Assembly: GCA_963841565.1 (NCBI GenBank)
Contig: CAWJCY010000009.1
Location: 1-64,000 of the forward strand
Length of the DNA stretch: 64,000 nt
Direction: 5' to 3'
DNA from: an uncultured Nitrososphaerales archaeon
GTDB lineage: Archaea; Thermoproteota; Nitrososphaeria; Nitrososphaerales; Nitrososphaeraceae
The translations under genes and the position numbers were made by a program. Shown piece after piece: positions 23,390 to 34,485 of this stretch. Position 1 is the stretch's first letter. Each line of letters begins with the position of its first letter. The notes under the pieces are model-generated. The model had not been told where the DNA came from, did no database searches, and worked only from the letters and a program-made list of their open reading frames with translations.

Positions 23390-24921
23390 CTAGAGTTGGG
23401 ATGCTGCTCTAGCAACAACTTCTGACAGGGCGGGATGTACATGAACTGTTCTGTTAATATTATCAATAGTTCCGATGTTGCCCATAGAATCAGAAACTTT
23501 CATGGCCACTGACACTTCATGAATAAGAACAGACGCATCTTTTCCAATGTTGTGACAGCCAAGTATTCATCTGCTTTGCTTGTCGATTAGGAACTTTACG
23601 AATCCTTCATGATCCTCTATTGCAAGGCCCATCCCAATGTTGATGAATCGATAAATTGATTTTAAGCAATCTTCATTCTCCTTCTTTCCTTGTCGTTTCA
23701 ATGATTGCTCTGTTACACCAACCGCTGCAATCTGTGGAGAAGTGAATATTGCATGAGGAATTGCACCATAGTCAACCGGAAGCTTGTCTTCGTGAACTAT
23801 ATTATGTATTGCATAACGTGCTTCCAAATTCGCGCTGTGTTTAAATGGATATCTTCCGACCACATCTCCAAGTGAATAGATATCTTTAATATTCGTCTGC
23901 AAGAATTCGTCGGTCATAACATAACCTCTCTCATCCAATTTCACACCAGTCTTTCCGAGATCAAGTGTATCTGAATTAGGAATCCTGCCAATTGCTATTA
24001 GTAACTGATCAGCCTCGACCTTTATAATACTCCCAGATTCCTTATTCCTTGCAGTAACTCTATAAATTTTAGATTTATTACTTCCAGTATTTTCTTTATT
24101 GTTCTGAAACATGTCCACGCTGTAACTTTTAACCTTTGAACCCGACTCTGTGGAATGGCCCAAATACACATTATATTTTTTAGAAAATATCTCAGTCAAT
24201 TTTTCAGAAACATCTTCATCCTCAGTTGGTATCAATTTGTTTTGAATCTGTATGATATTAATTTTCGTCCCAAGGCTTCCGAAGAAATGAGCTGAATTCA
24301 CAGCATATGTATCCGCCTCCTATTATGGTAAGATTAACTGGTTGCTTTTTTAGCCTTAGAGCCTGATCGCTAGTTATAAAACCAGACGCATTTAACCCCC
24401 TTATTTTTGGAATTCTTGGCCTAGAGCCTGATGCGATTAGGATCTTGCGGCCTGTAATTCTTCGATTTTCTGAGCTGCGACTATAGGATTGTTGTTTGAT
24501 GCCATTTCTAATTATCCCACTGCTGGGCTGAAATGTATCTATTTCTTTGAGCAATAATTCTTTCTTTAGCGCCAATGAATTTGCACTCACTTGGATTATC
24601 CACCTTGTTATATGCTTCTTTAATTCCCTCGGATTCTGAATCAACTATTCTATTTACGTGACTAACTATTTTTTCGAAATCTATCGATATCTTTCCGTGA
24701 ATACTTATCCCAAAAGTTTCGCATTGCCTAATTAACTCTAATACATCCGAGCCATGAATAAGTAATTTAGAGGGAATACAACCTCTATTAAGACAAGTTC
24801 CTCCCATCCTATTTTTTTCTATTAGGGCAACACTGAGTCCATTTTGAGCGGCTGCATAAGCAACATCCAAGCCAGAGCCGGATCCTATGACTATTAAATC
24901 GAAAATACTCGAATCTCTCAT
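23390..24921 (-). pseudogene. dihydrolipoamide dehydrogenase / pyridine nucleotide-disulfide oxidoreductase, multiply frameshifted
   Basis: GSGSG, GGTCLNRGCIPSK, IIGGGYI, IYSLGDV, C-terminal VHPALSEVVARA; four fragments in different frames. Confidence 0.85.
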
Positions 24922-25185
24922 CTAATTTGGATGGGAACTACATAAGAGAGATAAAAGGATATTTGGAAGGAGCTGCTAGAATCACTAATCGATTCATGAA
25001 AAATTAGTGTTATTAATCCTCTCGAGCTGGACAAATTAGATAAGCCCATGCATTCAATTCTATAATGAATCTCGAAAGTTTGGAAGGGCGTGCACGTGTC
25101 TCACAAATTCTTTCAAACGAGGACAGAATTTTATGTTCTTTAAAGTCCTTATATAGTTTAAGTCATGATCATTTATGTAATCAAT

Positions 25186-25375
25186 ATGCCTGTCAAGTTA
25201 GGCAAGAAAATACAAGAATTTCACGAGTGCGAGGGAAGCAGTAAAGAAGACCAAGGGCTTGTCGGAAAAGCGAGCCTCCGCCTATGTTGCGTCGGTCGAA
25301 AGGGCGCAAGGTAAGGATCCAAGGACGGGGAAGAAGATCATTAAGAGAAATACTAGTGCTCAACGTAGAAAATGA
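25186..25375 (+). CDS. small basic protein (apparent frameshift in an A run near 25207-25211)
   Basis: MPVKLGKK / YKNFTSAREAVKKTKGLSEKRASAYVASVERAQGKDPRTGKKIIKRNTSAQRRK*; TATA-like CTTATATA upstream. Confidence 0.5.
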
Positions 25376-25683
25376 AATTGCCCATTTAAATTAATTAACA
25401 GCATTTAAGTCAATAACGATCTCATAGTTGAATCTGTCTTTCCATTCAGCTTTTTATAATACTCACTGAATTAATTACCCACGTTCTCTTATAGGCTTTA
25501 TAGTCATACACTTATTCTGGTATCAAATTCTTTTTCACTAATTATGCATCCTGTCTATTATTCATAGAAAGATCTTCGTCGTTGTCACACGTGCAGTGAC
25601 TATTGTAATTACTTCTGGGCATCTTGATTTACCGATTTAATCGAATTTGATAATATTAAATTGTATAATGCACAAGATCTTTT

Positions 25684-25809
25684 GTGAGAGGAAAATGCGA
25701 TTCCTGTGGCATGGAAGATGTAAAAATACAACCATATAAGGTAAAGAATGACGTACTACGGAATGTTTGTAACCTGTGTAGGCCAGCGGATGGAGCATAT
25801 GCGTATTAA
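25684..25809 (+). CDS. 41-aa C4 zinc-finger microprotein
   Basis: GTG start: RGKCDSCGMEDVKIQPYKVKNDVLRNVCNLCRPADGAYAY*. Confidence 0.6.
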   Translation: MRGKCDSCGMEDVKIQPYKVKNDVLRNVCNLCRPADGAYAY

Positions 25810-25851
25810 TCGGGATTTGTTGGAAGACACAATTATAGCGCGAGGATTGAA

Positions 25852-25977
25852 ATGAATACTGACGTAGAGACATACCATTGCCCAAAATGTAATAAGGAAT
25901 TTCTTGATAAGGAGTTAGCTAGTGACCACCAAAAAACAACAGGTCACAACATCAGAGAAAGATCTTTAGAAAAGTGA
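25852..25977 (+). CDS. 41-aa C2H2 zinc-finger microprotein
   Basis: MNTDVETYHCPKCNKEFLDKELASDHQKTTGHNIRERSLEK*. Confidence 0.75.
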   Translation: MNTDVETYHCPKCNKEFLDKELASDHQKTTGHNIRERSLEK

Positions 25978-26052
25978 AAATTTCTGTTCATTGCTATCAG
26001 TATAAGGTATTGTAATTTTTCGTACTGCGGTAGAAATTAGCAATCTCCTATG

Positions 26053-26172
26053 TTAGGGACCTTTCATTTCGTGCTCGGTCTTCCTGTGTCCTTGCAATTC
26101 CGCATCGCTCTTAAACCCCTTCCCACAAAGTGGGCATTTGAATTTCTTTCGAGAGAAAAAATCAAATCGCAT
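26053..26172 (-). CDS. 39-aa C2H2 zinc-finger microprotein
   Basis: MRFDFFSRKKFKCPLCGKGFKSDAELQGHRKTEHEMKGP*, a canonical F-x-C-x2-C-x3-F-x5-L-x2-H-x4-H. Confidence 0.85.
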   Translation of the reverse strand: MRFDFFSRKKFKCPLCGKGFKSDAELQGHRKTEHEMKGP

Positions 26173-26456
26173 AATATACTGTAGGAATCATACTATTTAT
26201 AGATGAAGCAAATTACTGAAATTTTCCTTCAATCATTCTCTTTAATTCAAAATTTTATTCCAATTTATCGTTTCAAAACATGAAGAAATCGATTTCATTA
26301 TCGGGATAGCCCGAAATTTGAGCGAGATTGTAGATCTTATTTTCTATTCATCGGCTAGCCGCGTCGCCGATTTACTCTGCTACCCAATTATTCGAGCTCA
26401 AACCATGTAACCTGGGAATCTGGTTTAAGTGAGTGTGGGCACAGCTTTCTTGAAGT

Positions 26457-26840
26457 TCAGTCTGCTCTTTTGATGACTCGTACAAAAGGTAACTTATCTG
26501 AAAGTTTTTTATCTTTTTCTATAGCCTCGCTTCCGTAGCCTTGATCCTTTGTAAAGTACTGAGATTTATCAGGTTTGGCCTTTTTTTCAAATTGCTTTGC
26601 TTCATCATCAGTAATAGTGAGACACACTACATGTCCATCCCACCCTTCCACCCTATCTATCGGAATGTAATAGTACTTTCCACCTCTCTTACCCTTTTTT
26701 ACCACGATCGTCTCTTTGTTTACAGCTTCAACCTCTCCGAGCTCTTTCCCCTTTCTTTTTCTTACATACGCGGACTGTTTAGTCAAATCCATTACACTTT
26801 TTGTAGACTGATTATCCCGATCTAGCTTATTATCTGTCAT
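26457..26840 (-). CDS. hypothetical protein (PRC-barrel/DUF2171-like)
   Basis: GKELGEVEAV...IVVKKG...YYYIPIDRVEGWDGHVVCL. Confidence 0.7.
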   Translation of the reverse strand: MTDNKLDRDNQSTKSVMDLTKQSAYVRKRKGKELGEVEAVNKETIVVKKGKRGGKYYYIPIDRVEGWDGHVVCLTITDDEAKQFEKKAKPDKSQYFTKDQGYGSEAIEKDKKLSDKLPFVRVIKRAD

Positions 26841-27137
26841 GTGGTTCGTAATTTTGTTGACTATAATAGTATTTAACGGTATATTGCTTAATTTATCTCA
26901 ACGAAGAGGTAGTACAAAATATCAGCCGATCGTGTAAAGTGCTTTTCGATAGGCAGACGAGTCGGTAACAGATGCCTCAAGATATTATGGAGATACAACG
27001 GCTGTAGTATTTTTACATATAGTGCAAGTTAATTTTATTAACAATACTATTAAAATGAAATAATGTCGAGGACTGGATTACAAATCTTAGGGAAGAAAGT
27101 TCCCAATAAAATATGCAATTATCAGGCCGTGTGAGGT

Positions 27138-27338
27138 TCAAAGCCCATTGGTTTCAAGGCTCCCCACATTAGGGGTTTCAACAGTGGGCATGACATTAGG
27201 GTGTCCTCTAAACGCTTTGCAGAATGGCTCACCACCGTCATCTTCCAAACTCCATAAAACATCCTCATCATCCTTCAACCTAAGGTGCTCCTTAACGAAA
27301 GAAGGAACTCCTTCTAATACCTTTGAAGTTTTTTTCAA
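27138..27338 (-). CDS. small AbrB/SpoVT-like protein
   Basis: TSKV...VPSFVKEHLRLKDDEDVLWSL resembles the swapped-hairpin pattern. Confidence 0.45.
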   Translation of the reverse strand: MKKTSKVLEGVPSFVKEHLRLKDDEDVLWSLEDDGGEPFCKAFRGHPNVMPTVETPNVGSLETNGL

Positions 27339-28429
27339 GTCATTATATCTTCATGATCTAACTATATAAATATAAGTTACTGGAAGAGGGATTAACGTAT
27401 TTGATTTAGAAAAACAAGGAATGTCTTGGGGACGTGAAATGAATTCAGATAGAATGGAAATAAAGCAAATGTCATATTAGTCCAATTGGACCGCTTTTTC
27501 TACTCAATATAGCCGTTTAGTGAGGTCTGTATTCTTTTACTCGGTTAGTGGATCTAAATATTCATGGTGGATTCCGAGATCCCAACGGAATTTCTGTTTA
27601 AGCTCAGAAGTATAAATTAGGAGGCAGGATTAGAAGAGTTGGTGTTGGAACTTAATCTATTATCAGTGACCCTATGTTCCTCATAACAAAAACGTATGAG
27701 AAGTCATAAGAAGAAGAGTCGTAATTAGGTCTAGGACTAAAAAGGATGGATTCTTCATATGGAGAAAGTAAGTAGAACGACATTTATTAAGTCTAGGTTC
27801 TTCACTCACTCTTACCTAGTATTTTGATATATACGTCTACGTTTATCCGCAAATCCTAAATATAGAATCTGCTAGCTGCGAATTTGATTTAAGTGGACGC
27901 AGGTAAACAAGAACAAAAAACCATTTGCAGTTATAATGTATGAGATGCTGGTTCCTATATATACGCCGAATTACCTACAGTTGATAAATTATAGGTATCA
28001 ATTGGTACCGGTTCGCCATAAGTCTAATTGGTTCATAGTCATTTGGTTATCGATGGGTAGCATGCGAGGATGGCGGTAGCATAGAAGACCAACTGCATAC
28101 GTCAGTTGCAGTCAACACCTAATAGCATATAGATTTTGATAAAGGGTTACAATCATGAATATTATTACACTGGCTTGGTGTGCAGTTGCGTATGCATCTT
28201 GCATGGAATGATAGATGTACTAGATGGTTTGCCTAAAATAACGAAAGTATGATCAGAAGCACTTGTCCTGTTCGCTCTTCAACACTTCATCCACCTTAGG
28301 TTAAAGAATGAATAATTTTGACTGTCTTAAGTATTATGATATATTCAATGAGTTATCGGTGTCTCGTATACCTTCTACCAAATAGATTTAAGAGTTTAAT
28401 TTGTGTAGTTTAATATTGAAAGGAGATAA

Positions 28430-28792
28430 GTGCGTACAGATATGAGTTGGCTATCCAAAGATGACAAACATTTTCTGTCATATTCTTTGAAGTGGATGAG
28501 TATATACATAGTTATAGGTTTAATTGCAGCATTGATATTTCCATTTCCTATATCTCTAGTAGCTGCTATAGGTGGATTTATGGTAGTTAACTTCCTGAGA
28601 ACATGCATAATGTTAAAGAAGATGGGTATCAGTATGAAGGGGTTGTTTGATTCAATGCGTGCATCGAATGCAAATCCTTCGCCTTCTATGTACGGATATA
28701 ATCCAATAAAATACTATTGTATGGTATGTAGTAATCAACATAAGGAGATCGCATGTCCTAAATGTGGTTCAAAGATGAAAAGAGTAGGGTAA
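28430..28792 (+). CDS. membrane protein with C-terminal zinc ribbon
   Basis: Two TM helices; YYCMVC...ACPKCGSKM. Confidence 0.8.
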   Translation: MRTDMSWLSKDDKHFLSYSLKWMSIYIVIGLIAALIFPFPISLVAAIGGFMVVNFLRTCIMLKKMGISMKGLFDSMRASNANPSPSMYGYNPIKYYCMVCSNQHKEIACPKCGSKMKRVG

Positions 28793-28799
28793 CAAACAG

Positions 28800-28965
28800 C
28801 AACCTGGATTTATTTCTGCCCAGCTATACAGGGGAATTGCTGGCAGCGGTGTATTCGTTAACTATGCCATTTGGGAGTCCACGACGGCCTATAGGAAGGC
28901 TTTCAGCAATATGTATATCCAAGCCGGATTATCAGAGTAGGAATGTTCAAAATGTCCTGCGGTTG
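28800..28965 (+). ncRNA. candidate multi-branched structured RNA
   Basis: Closing stem CAACC/GGTTG encloses five further stems with several G-U pairs. Confidence 0.3.
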
Positions 28966-29338
28966 AGGCTATGAAACAACTCCAGAGCATTATAGGAGTT
29001 ATGTGGAGGGAGCGAAAATTATTAGAAACAGTAAAGTTATGGGTCAGACCTGAAACTCGAGATTCGTCACTTCTGTAATACAATATTGTGATAAGAAAAG
29101 ATAGGACAACCCGATATGTTGAGTTCTGCTCTATCGCCTACCTAAGTCATTTATGGTTTTTATGTCGCTTGCGTCATAGTTGCGGTGCTATAACACATAC
29201 ATATCTACGTTAATGTACTATTAAAGGAATCACGACGATTCTTTTTATTTGCAATTTGGACCTTATGTTTTGGTTGGTCTGGCAAGGGCACGGCGAAGCC
29301 ATAGTAGAACGACTAGGCATAGTTAACCTAATCTCTTC

Positions 29339-29575
29339 CTAGCCGTCTGCATACAGTTTGTTATTGGCTGGATTGAATTCGAGAGAAATTGGATGATCGC
29401 TTGGTCCATTAATGTGTATATTCTCTATGATATTATTATTAACGTCTATTACAGAGAGACCACTCGAATCCTCATTTGATACATATATGTTGCTGTTAGC
29501 CGAATTAAATTCGGTTCCTCTTGGATTATTTCCAACCTGTATAGTCCCAATTACATTATTATTTTCGTCTATCAC
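29339..29575 (-). pseudogene. YVTN/YncE beta-propeller fragment
   Basis: VIGTIQVGNNPRGTEFNSANSNIYVSN; only about two blades. Confidence 0.65.
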
Positions 29576-29622
29576 AGGTACAAGTATTTTTAGCTAACAG
29601 GGTCATTTTGCTGCTACTAGAA

Positions 29623-30414
29623 TTATACATTGACAGTATTTTGCAAGTGTAATCTTCCATGCTTAATGGCTTCTCTAATGATCGTAAATTCTACTTGTTC
29701 GGCCATCTTGCTCAATTTTGAAATATCTTCTTTATAGTCTTCAAAAGACGTGTGATCCTTGGTACCCATGAAAACCTCTCTGATATTACATCCTAACATA
29801 GTAATCTCTATTAGAAACCATACATCTATGCCCCAACCGTTAGGAGAATCAGGTATTTCTAGCATTCTCTGCCACAGCTGGCTCCTTGCACAAACCTCAC
29901 CACTTAAAGGTTGCTCAAAATGAGACAGCTCTGGAAAGAATATATTTAACATGGGCCTTGCAATAAGTTTTGTTACTGCCGCGTCTCTTGCATGTCTTTC
30001 ATAAAAACCTCTCGCCATATCACAATTGTCTACTAGCAACGTACTTACCAAGTTGTTAATCCATTGCGGAGATAGATTCTTTATGTCTGCATCAAGGAAT
30101 AGAATGATGTTAGCCGATCGGGCTATTGCCTCTCTTATACCGGCTTTCATGGCTATTCCTTTTCCAGGGAAAACCTGCTCTGGTTGTTGGATTACAGTTG
30201 CACCTGCTCTGGCCGCTAGTTCCGCTGTCTTATCATTGGAATATGCATCAACAACTATTATCTCTGGATCAAAACTACTTCTTGATGCTGTCGAAACTGT
30301 ATTTTCGATCGTACCCTCTTCGTTCTTAGCAGGAAAGATTACTATGACTTTTAGATCGTTTTTTGCAACATTAGTGTCGTTGTATTCAATGTGATGGAAA
30401 GTAGTAGTATCCAT
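29623..30414 (-). CDS. GT2/GT81 glycosyltransferase, glucosyl-3-phosphoglycerate synthase-like
   Basis: PAKNEE.TI, VVDAYSND.T, GKG.AM, FLDAD, VTKLIARPML..FPEL..FEQPLSGE, GWGIDV. Confidence 0.85.
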   Translation of the reverse strand: MDTTTFHHIEYNDTNVAKNDLKVIVIFPAKNEEGTIENTVSTASRSSFDPEIIVVDAYSNDKTAELAARAGATVIQQPEQVFPGKGIAMKAGIREAIARSANIILFLDADIKNLSPQWINNLVSTLLVDNCDMARGFYERHARDAAVTKLIARPMLNIFFPELSHFEQPLSGEVCARSQLWQRMLEIPDSPNGWGIDVWFLIEITMLGCNIREVFMGTKDHTSFEDYKEDISKLSKMAEQVEFTIIREAIKHGRLHLQNTVNV

Positions 30415-30813
30415 ATCGATTCATATTAATAAATGACTTGATACTTACAAACGTATCCCTAAATTATCGGACTATTATTCAGAGGTATTAAACGCAAGTC
30501 ATGGGGGCTGGCGTACTATCAGTATTGCGATAAAAATGACAGCGATTGCGCAACCAAATCAAATGGTAATTGGTCAGAAGTTATGAGTTGGAAGATAGAC
30601 AAAAGAATACTTTTAGGCGAATGTCATGCATTTCTAACGTCTGGAATAATACAATTGAAATTACTGATGGAAGATTTACTCTATAATGGAGTTTATAGGT
30701 GCCTCTCTAACCACAGAGGTGGTAACGTATCGTGCTCAAATACCCTCTACTAACTTAGAATTTAAAGGCAGAAGAATAACTAGAAGTACAAGAATGAAGA
30801 ATATAGAGTTGAA

Positions 30814-32061
30814 TTGGGTCATTCCAATGCCATACAAACAAAAGCGCTAAAGAACAGAATACATCATGATGCGGAAAGGTTCGATGAAGCTTTTAGAGTT
30901 GGAGTAGAGATTGAAGCCTGCCTGATTGACAAGAATGGAATGCCAGTTAATGCAGAACCATTGATCAAAGAACATCAAGGAACTAGTCATCCTCTTGATT
31001 ATGAGTATGGCGTATGTCAATTTGAATACAAGACGTCTCCAGTAGCAATGAGTGACCTTCTATATCTTAATTGTATTTTTGAGGATTTTATAGAACATCT
31101 TGGAAAATCCATCGAGAAACTATACAGGAATAATGACGTAATTCCAGTCTTCCTTGGAGGTAATCCATCACCTGAGATTATAAAAAGTGTGGATCTAATC
31201 ACAAATAAACCGCGATACAATAAATTATCAAAATGGCACAACAAGATGCCAGACGTGGAAATAGAAGGGCAAATATTTAAAGCGATGCATATTCCGGCTG
31301 CGATTCAAGCTTTTCATTTCCACTTACAGGGAAAGAACCCAAATTATACCGCCATGATGTTCAATCACATACTAAATATGATTCCATCAGCAATAACACT
31401 TGGGGCTAATAGCAGACTTTTTGCTGGTAGAGTATATTCATTCCATGAACCAAGAATTTACTTGTATGATCAGTCAGAACAACAGAATTCAGGCTTTCCA
31501 GCTATTTCAAAATACCTTGGCAGAATTGAAGATTATGTTGACTATATTAGTTCCAGAAAACCAAATATCGCAAAAGACTATTTTGAACTCGAAAAGGAAA
31601 GACATGAGGATGCACGTATTCGTTTGAACTCAGATTTTTATCGAGTTGAAACTAGAGTAGTATCGGTACAGCCAACTATTAAAGAACTAATGGCGATGAT
31701 AGAGTTCTTTATTGGTTATCTGAGCAGAGCAATATACGAAGAAAGACAGCTGAGACCACTGTCTTCATTAAGAGAAGAAAGATTAGCTGCGGTGCGATCA
31801 GGATATCAAGCTGAAACCCATTTTGACATCATTGAGACAATAAGAGGCCAATTTGATTATGCACGTAAAGGTCTGTCTGATTTAGGTATTAGCGCAGAAT
31901 TTTTCAATATTTTAGATAGACGGTTACAGAATAAAAGTACTCCTGGTGATGATGTTGTTAAACTATGGGATGAAAAGTTTAATGGTTCTATTAGGCAGAC
32001 AATTTTCGAGGTTATTAGCGATATTTGGCAAAGGACAAGAAACAACCAACCTATCATGTAA
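30814..32061 (+). CDS. glutamate-cysteine ligase family 2 (GCS2) carboxylate-amine ligase
   Basis: RVGVEIE, EYGVCQFEYKT, AFHFHLQ, GANS, RIRL...RVETRV. Confidence 0.8.
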   Translation: MGHSNAIQTKALKNRIHHDAERFDEAFRVGVEIEACLIDKNGMPVNAEPLIKEHQGTSHPLDYEYGVCQFEYKTSPVAMSDLLYLNCIFEDFIEHLGKSIEKLYRNNDVIPVFLGGNPSPEIIKSVDLITNKPRYNKLSKWHNKMPDVEIEGQIFKAMHIPAAIQAFHFHLQGKNPNYTAMMFNHILNMIPSAITLGANSRLFAGRVYSFHEPRIYLYDQSEQQNSGFPAISKYLGRIEDYVDYISSRKPNIAKDYFELEKERHEDARIRLNSDFYRVETRVVSVQPTIKELMAMIEFFIGYLSRAIYEERQLRPLSSLREERLAAVRSGYQAETHFDIIETIRGQFDYARKGLSDLGISAEFFNILDRRLQNKSTPGDDVVKLWDEKFNGSIRQTIFEVISDIWQRTRNNQPIM

Positions 32062-32921
32062 TAGATTGCGATTGACACATTTTTTGTTATAGGAATTCAC
32101 TGTTTTCTATCTTAATCCTACTATGCGGCTGCTGTATCTTATGGGAACCAATATTCAAGATAACTCATTTAAGTTTGTTGAAGACGATTCGATGGATTTC
32201 TGTATTCTGTTTAACAGTGAGAATAAACATTGACACCTTCTCTAACCGCTCTGGATACAGTGAGTAAGTATAACTTGTTTCAGAGCATTAGGATTATTGT
32301 TTGTCACCTATATGTAGGGGTTATTGATTTGAATATCGTCAGATCATGACGAAGACTTGATATCGACTTAATGCGACTTAATGCAAAAGTTATCTGCTGT
32401 TTTCACATTTTCGTGATGTTGAAACATCATTGAGATGGGCGGTGCCACCCTTGGCGAAGATCCTTACCAGTCAGACCTCGTCGATCCAGATGCAGAGACG
32501 GCAAAGAATTTCCGGCGTGATGGAAAATCAGGATTATCATCCAACTTTCAGCGGATATCATTTTGAATTGACTGAATCGTATTACTGTAGTAAATGACTC
32601 AGTCCAAGCGCGTCCTTTAATCTGTCTTGTTCATGTAGAACGGACGCAGACGGTTATCGACGATCCAAGCTAGCTTAATGCTGACCTTAGAGAAGGAGAT
32701 AAATGAAAAGCTTGGAGACCTCGCTAGAGGGGTATATAGAGCAGTAGACTCTTCATTTATATCTACAAAAAAAATATTACATTCGATTATTTTTCCTAGC
32801 TCCGTTTTCTTCATTCCATTTCGTTAGCGTAAATAATTCGGTCGATCCAGATTTCTTTTTTCCTTGACGAAAGATCTGATGCTAGTTCGTAAACTTAATT
32901 TACTCCGTAAAATGCTTTGAA

Positions 32922-33605
32922 ATGATGGGATACAATTCTGTTCTTAAAAACTCCTTTGAAGTATATCACGCCATGAAATGCCTTCGTTCTCTTGGTCTAT
33001 TTCCACATCATGATAGAGTAAAGTCATGGGATACACTTAAAATGATTGATATAATAAAGCAAGCAAACATAAGTGCGTTTGTACTAGATGTGGGATGTAA
33101 CGGTTCTCCGATTTTGCCTCTGCTGAGGAGACTTGGCTTTATGAACCTATATGGATGTGATTTGTTCCTAAAAGAAGAAATATCTGCTGCAATCGAATTG
33201 TATAACACATTTGATATTTCGGTTCAAGATCTAGAAAAAACTGAATTTCAAAACAATACATTTGATTTCGTTACGTCATTATCAGTCATCGAACATGGTA
33301 TTAATATTCAGAACTATTTCAAAGAAATGAATAGAATAATAAAAAAAGGTGGATTACTTTTGACATCGACAGACTACTGGCCTGATAAGATAGTCAATCT
33401 AGTTAATACGGACGTAAACCCTAAGAATTCGCCTGATAATATTTTCAGCAGAAAAGAAATAGAGGAAGACGTAATTAGAATTGCAGAACGGAACGGTTTC
33501 CTTCTTACCGAACCAATAGATTTTACACACGAAGAAAAAGTTATTCATTGGAATGATACATGCCTTGACTACACTTTCATATTCTTTGCACTAAGAAAGA
33601 ACTAA
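32922..33605 (+). CDS. class I SAM-dependent methyltransferase
   Basis: VLDVGCNG, YGCDL, FDFVTSLSVIEH, EMNRIIKKGGLL. Confidence 0.9.
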   Translation: MMGYNSVLKNSFEVYHAMKCLRSLGLFPHHDRVKSWDTLKMIDIIKQANISAFVLDVGCNGSPILPLLRRLGFMNLYGCDLFLKEEISAAIELYNTFDISVQDLEKTEFQNNTFDFVTSLSVIEHGINIQNYFKEMNRIIKKGGLLLTSTDYWPDKIVNLVNTDVNPKNSPDNIFSRKEIEEDVIRIAERNGFLLTEPIDFTHEEKVIHWNDTCLDYTFIFFALRKN

Positions 33606-34485
33606 CTGGTACGTATAAAGCCTGTTACAATTTCTTGGCAGTGGAACAAGGCAGTCGTTTAAAAGAATCGTGCGGACAGAGCACCGCAGACAGATACAAT
33701 AACAATATTGTCATGACTAATAAGGGGAGTACGTTAAAAAAGGTATTCTGGAGATTCGCTGTAAAGTCGTTCTAGAACTTTGTGAGAACTAAATTTATTA
33801 TTCTTTCCTTGTTCTCCTTTTCCACCTCCAGATCAATAAGAGTAAAGACTATTATTGATGGTGTTGCGACTTCACACGTTCAATCCTTCCAGCAGGTCAA
33901 TAATTGCGAAACAGTAAAGGATAGCAGGAAGCATTACATGGTTTCTATTTTATCTTAAGCTCTCAGTAAACAACGAAGCTTATAATTTTCAAGTGAAGGC
34001 TCACTTGTGATCGGAAGAATATGTGTAGAAAAGTGTTGTCACCCAACTATAGGCATATTTCTCAATTGACACCAATCAACGGCTTTAGTGACGAAAGGAA
34101 GCATGAACCACAACTAGCAAACGGTTTGAACGTTCGGCATGACTACTCAAACAATAATATGAGAAATGGAAAGCCATCTCTAATTAGATAAATTAGCGAT
34201 TCAATAGCCTTGACACATTATGAGAGCATCAAAAGAAATATCATAATATGTGAAAAGAGAGATTTCTCAAATTTACTTTATCTCGACCTACCGTTTGATC
34301 TTTATAATAACGGTATTCTGTAATGTGCATTGTCTGTTCTGTATTTCACAAAGTGTCTCAATTTGCATTTCTGAAACTTTCAAGCCTTATGAACAAAATT
34401 TACGACCACGCTGCGTTAGTTTATAAGAGGTTGTTTACTGACTAATTTCAGGTTATTATTATTGAAACGAAGAAATAATTTTTCG

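Noticed and set aside
32435-32566. GC-richer short ORF with PYQSDL, reminiscent of the IS5 transposase N-terminus
   Set aside because: Similarity too short; no inverted repeats or DDE remainder
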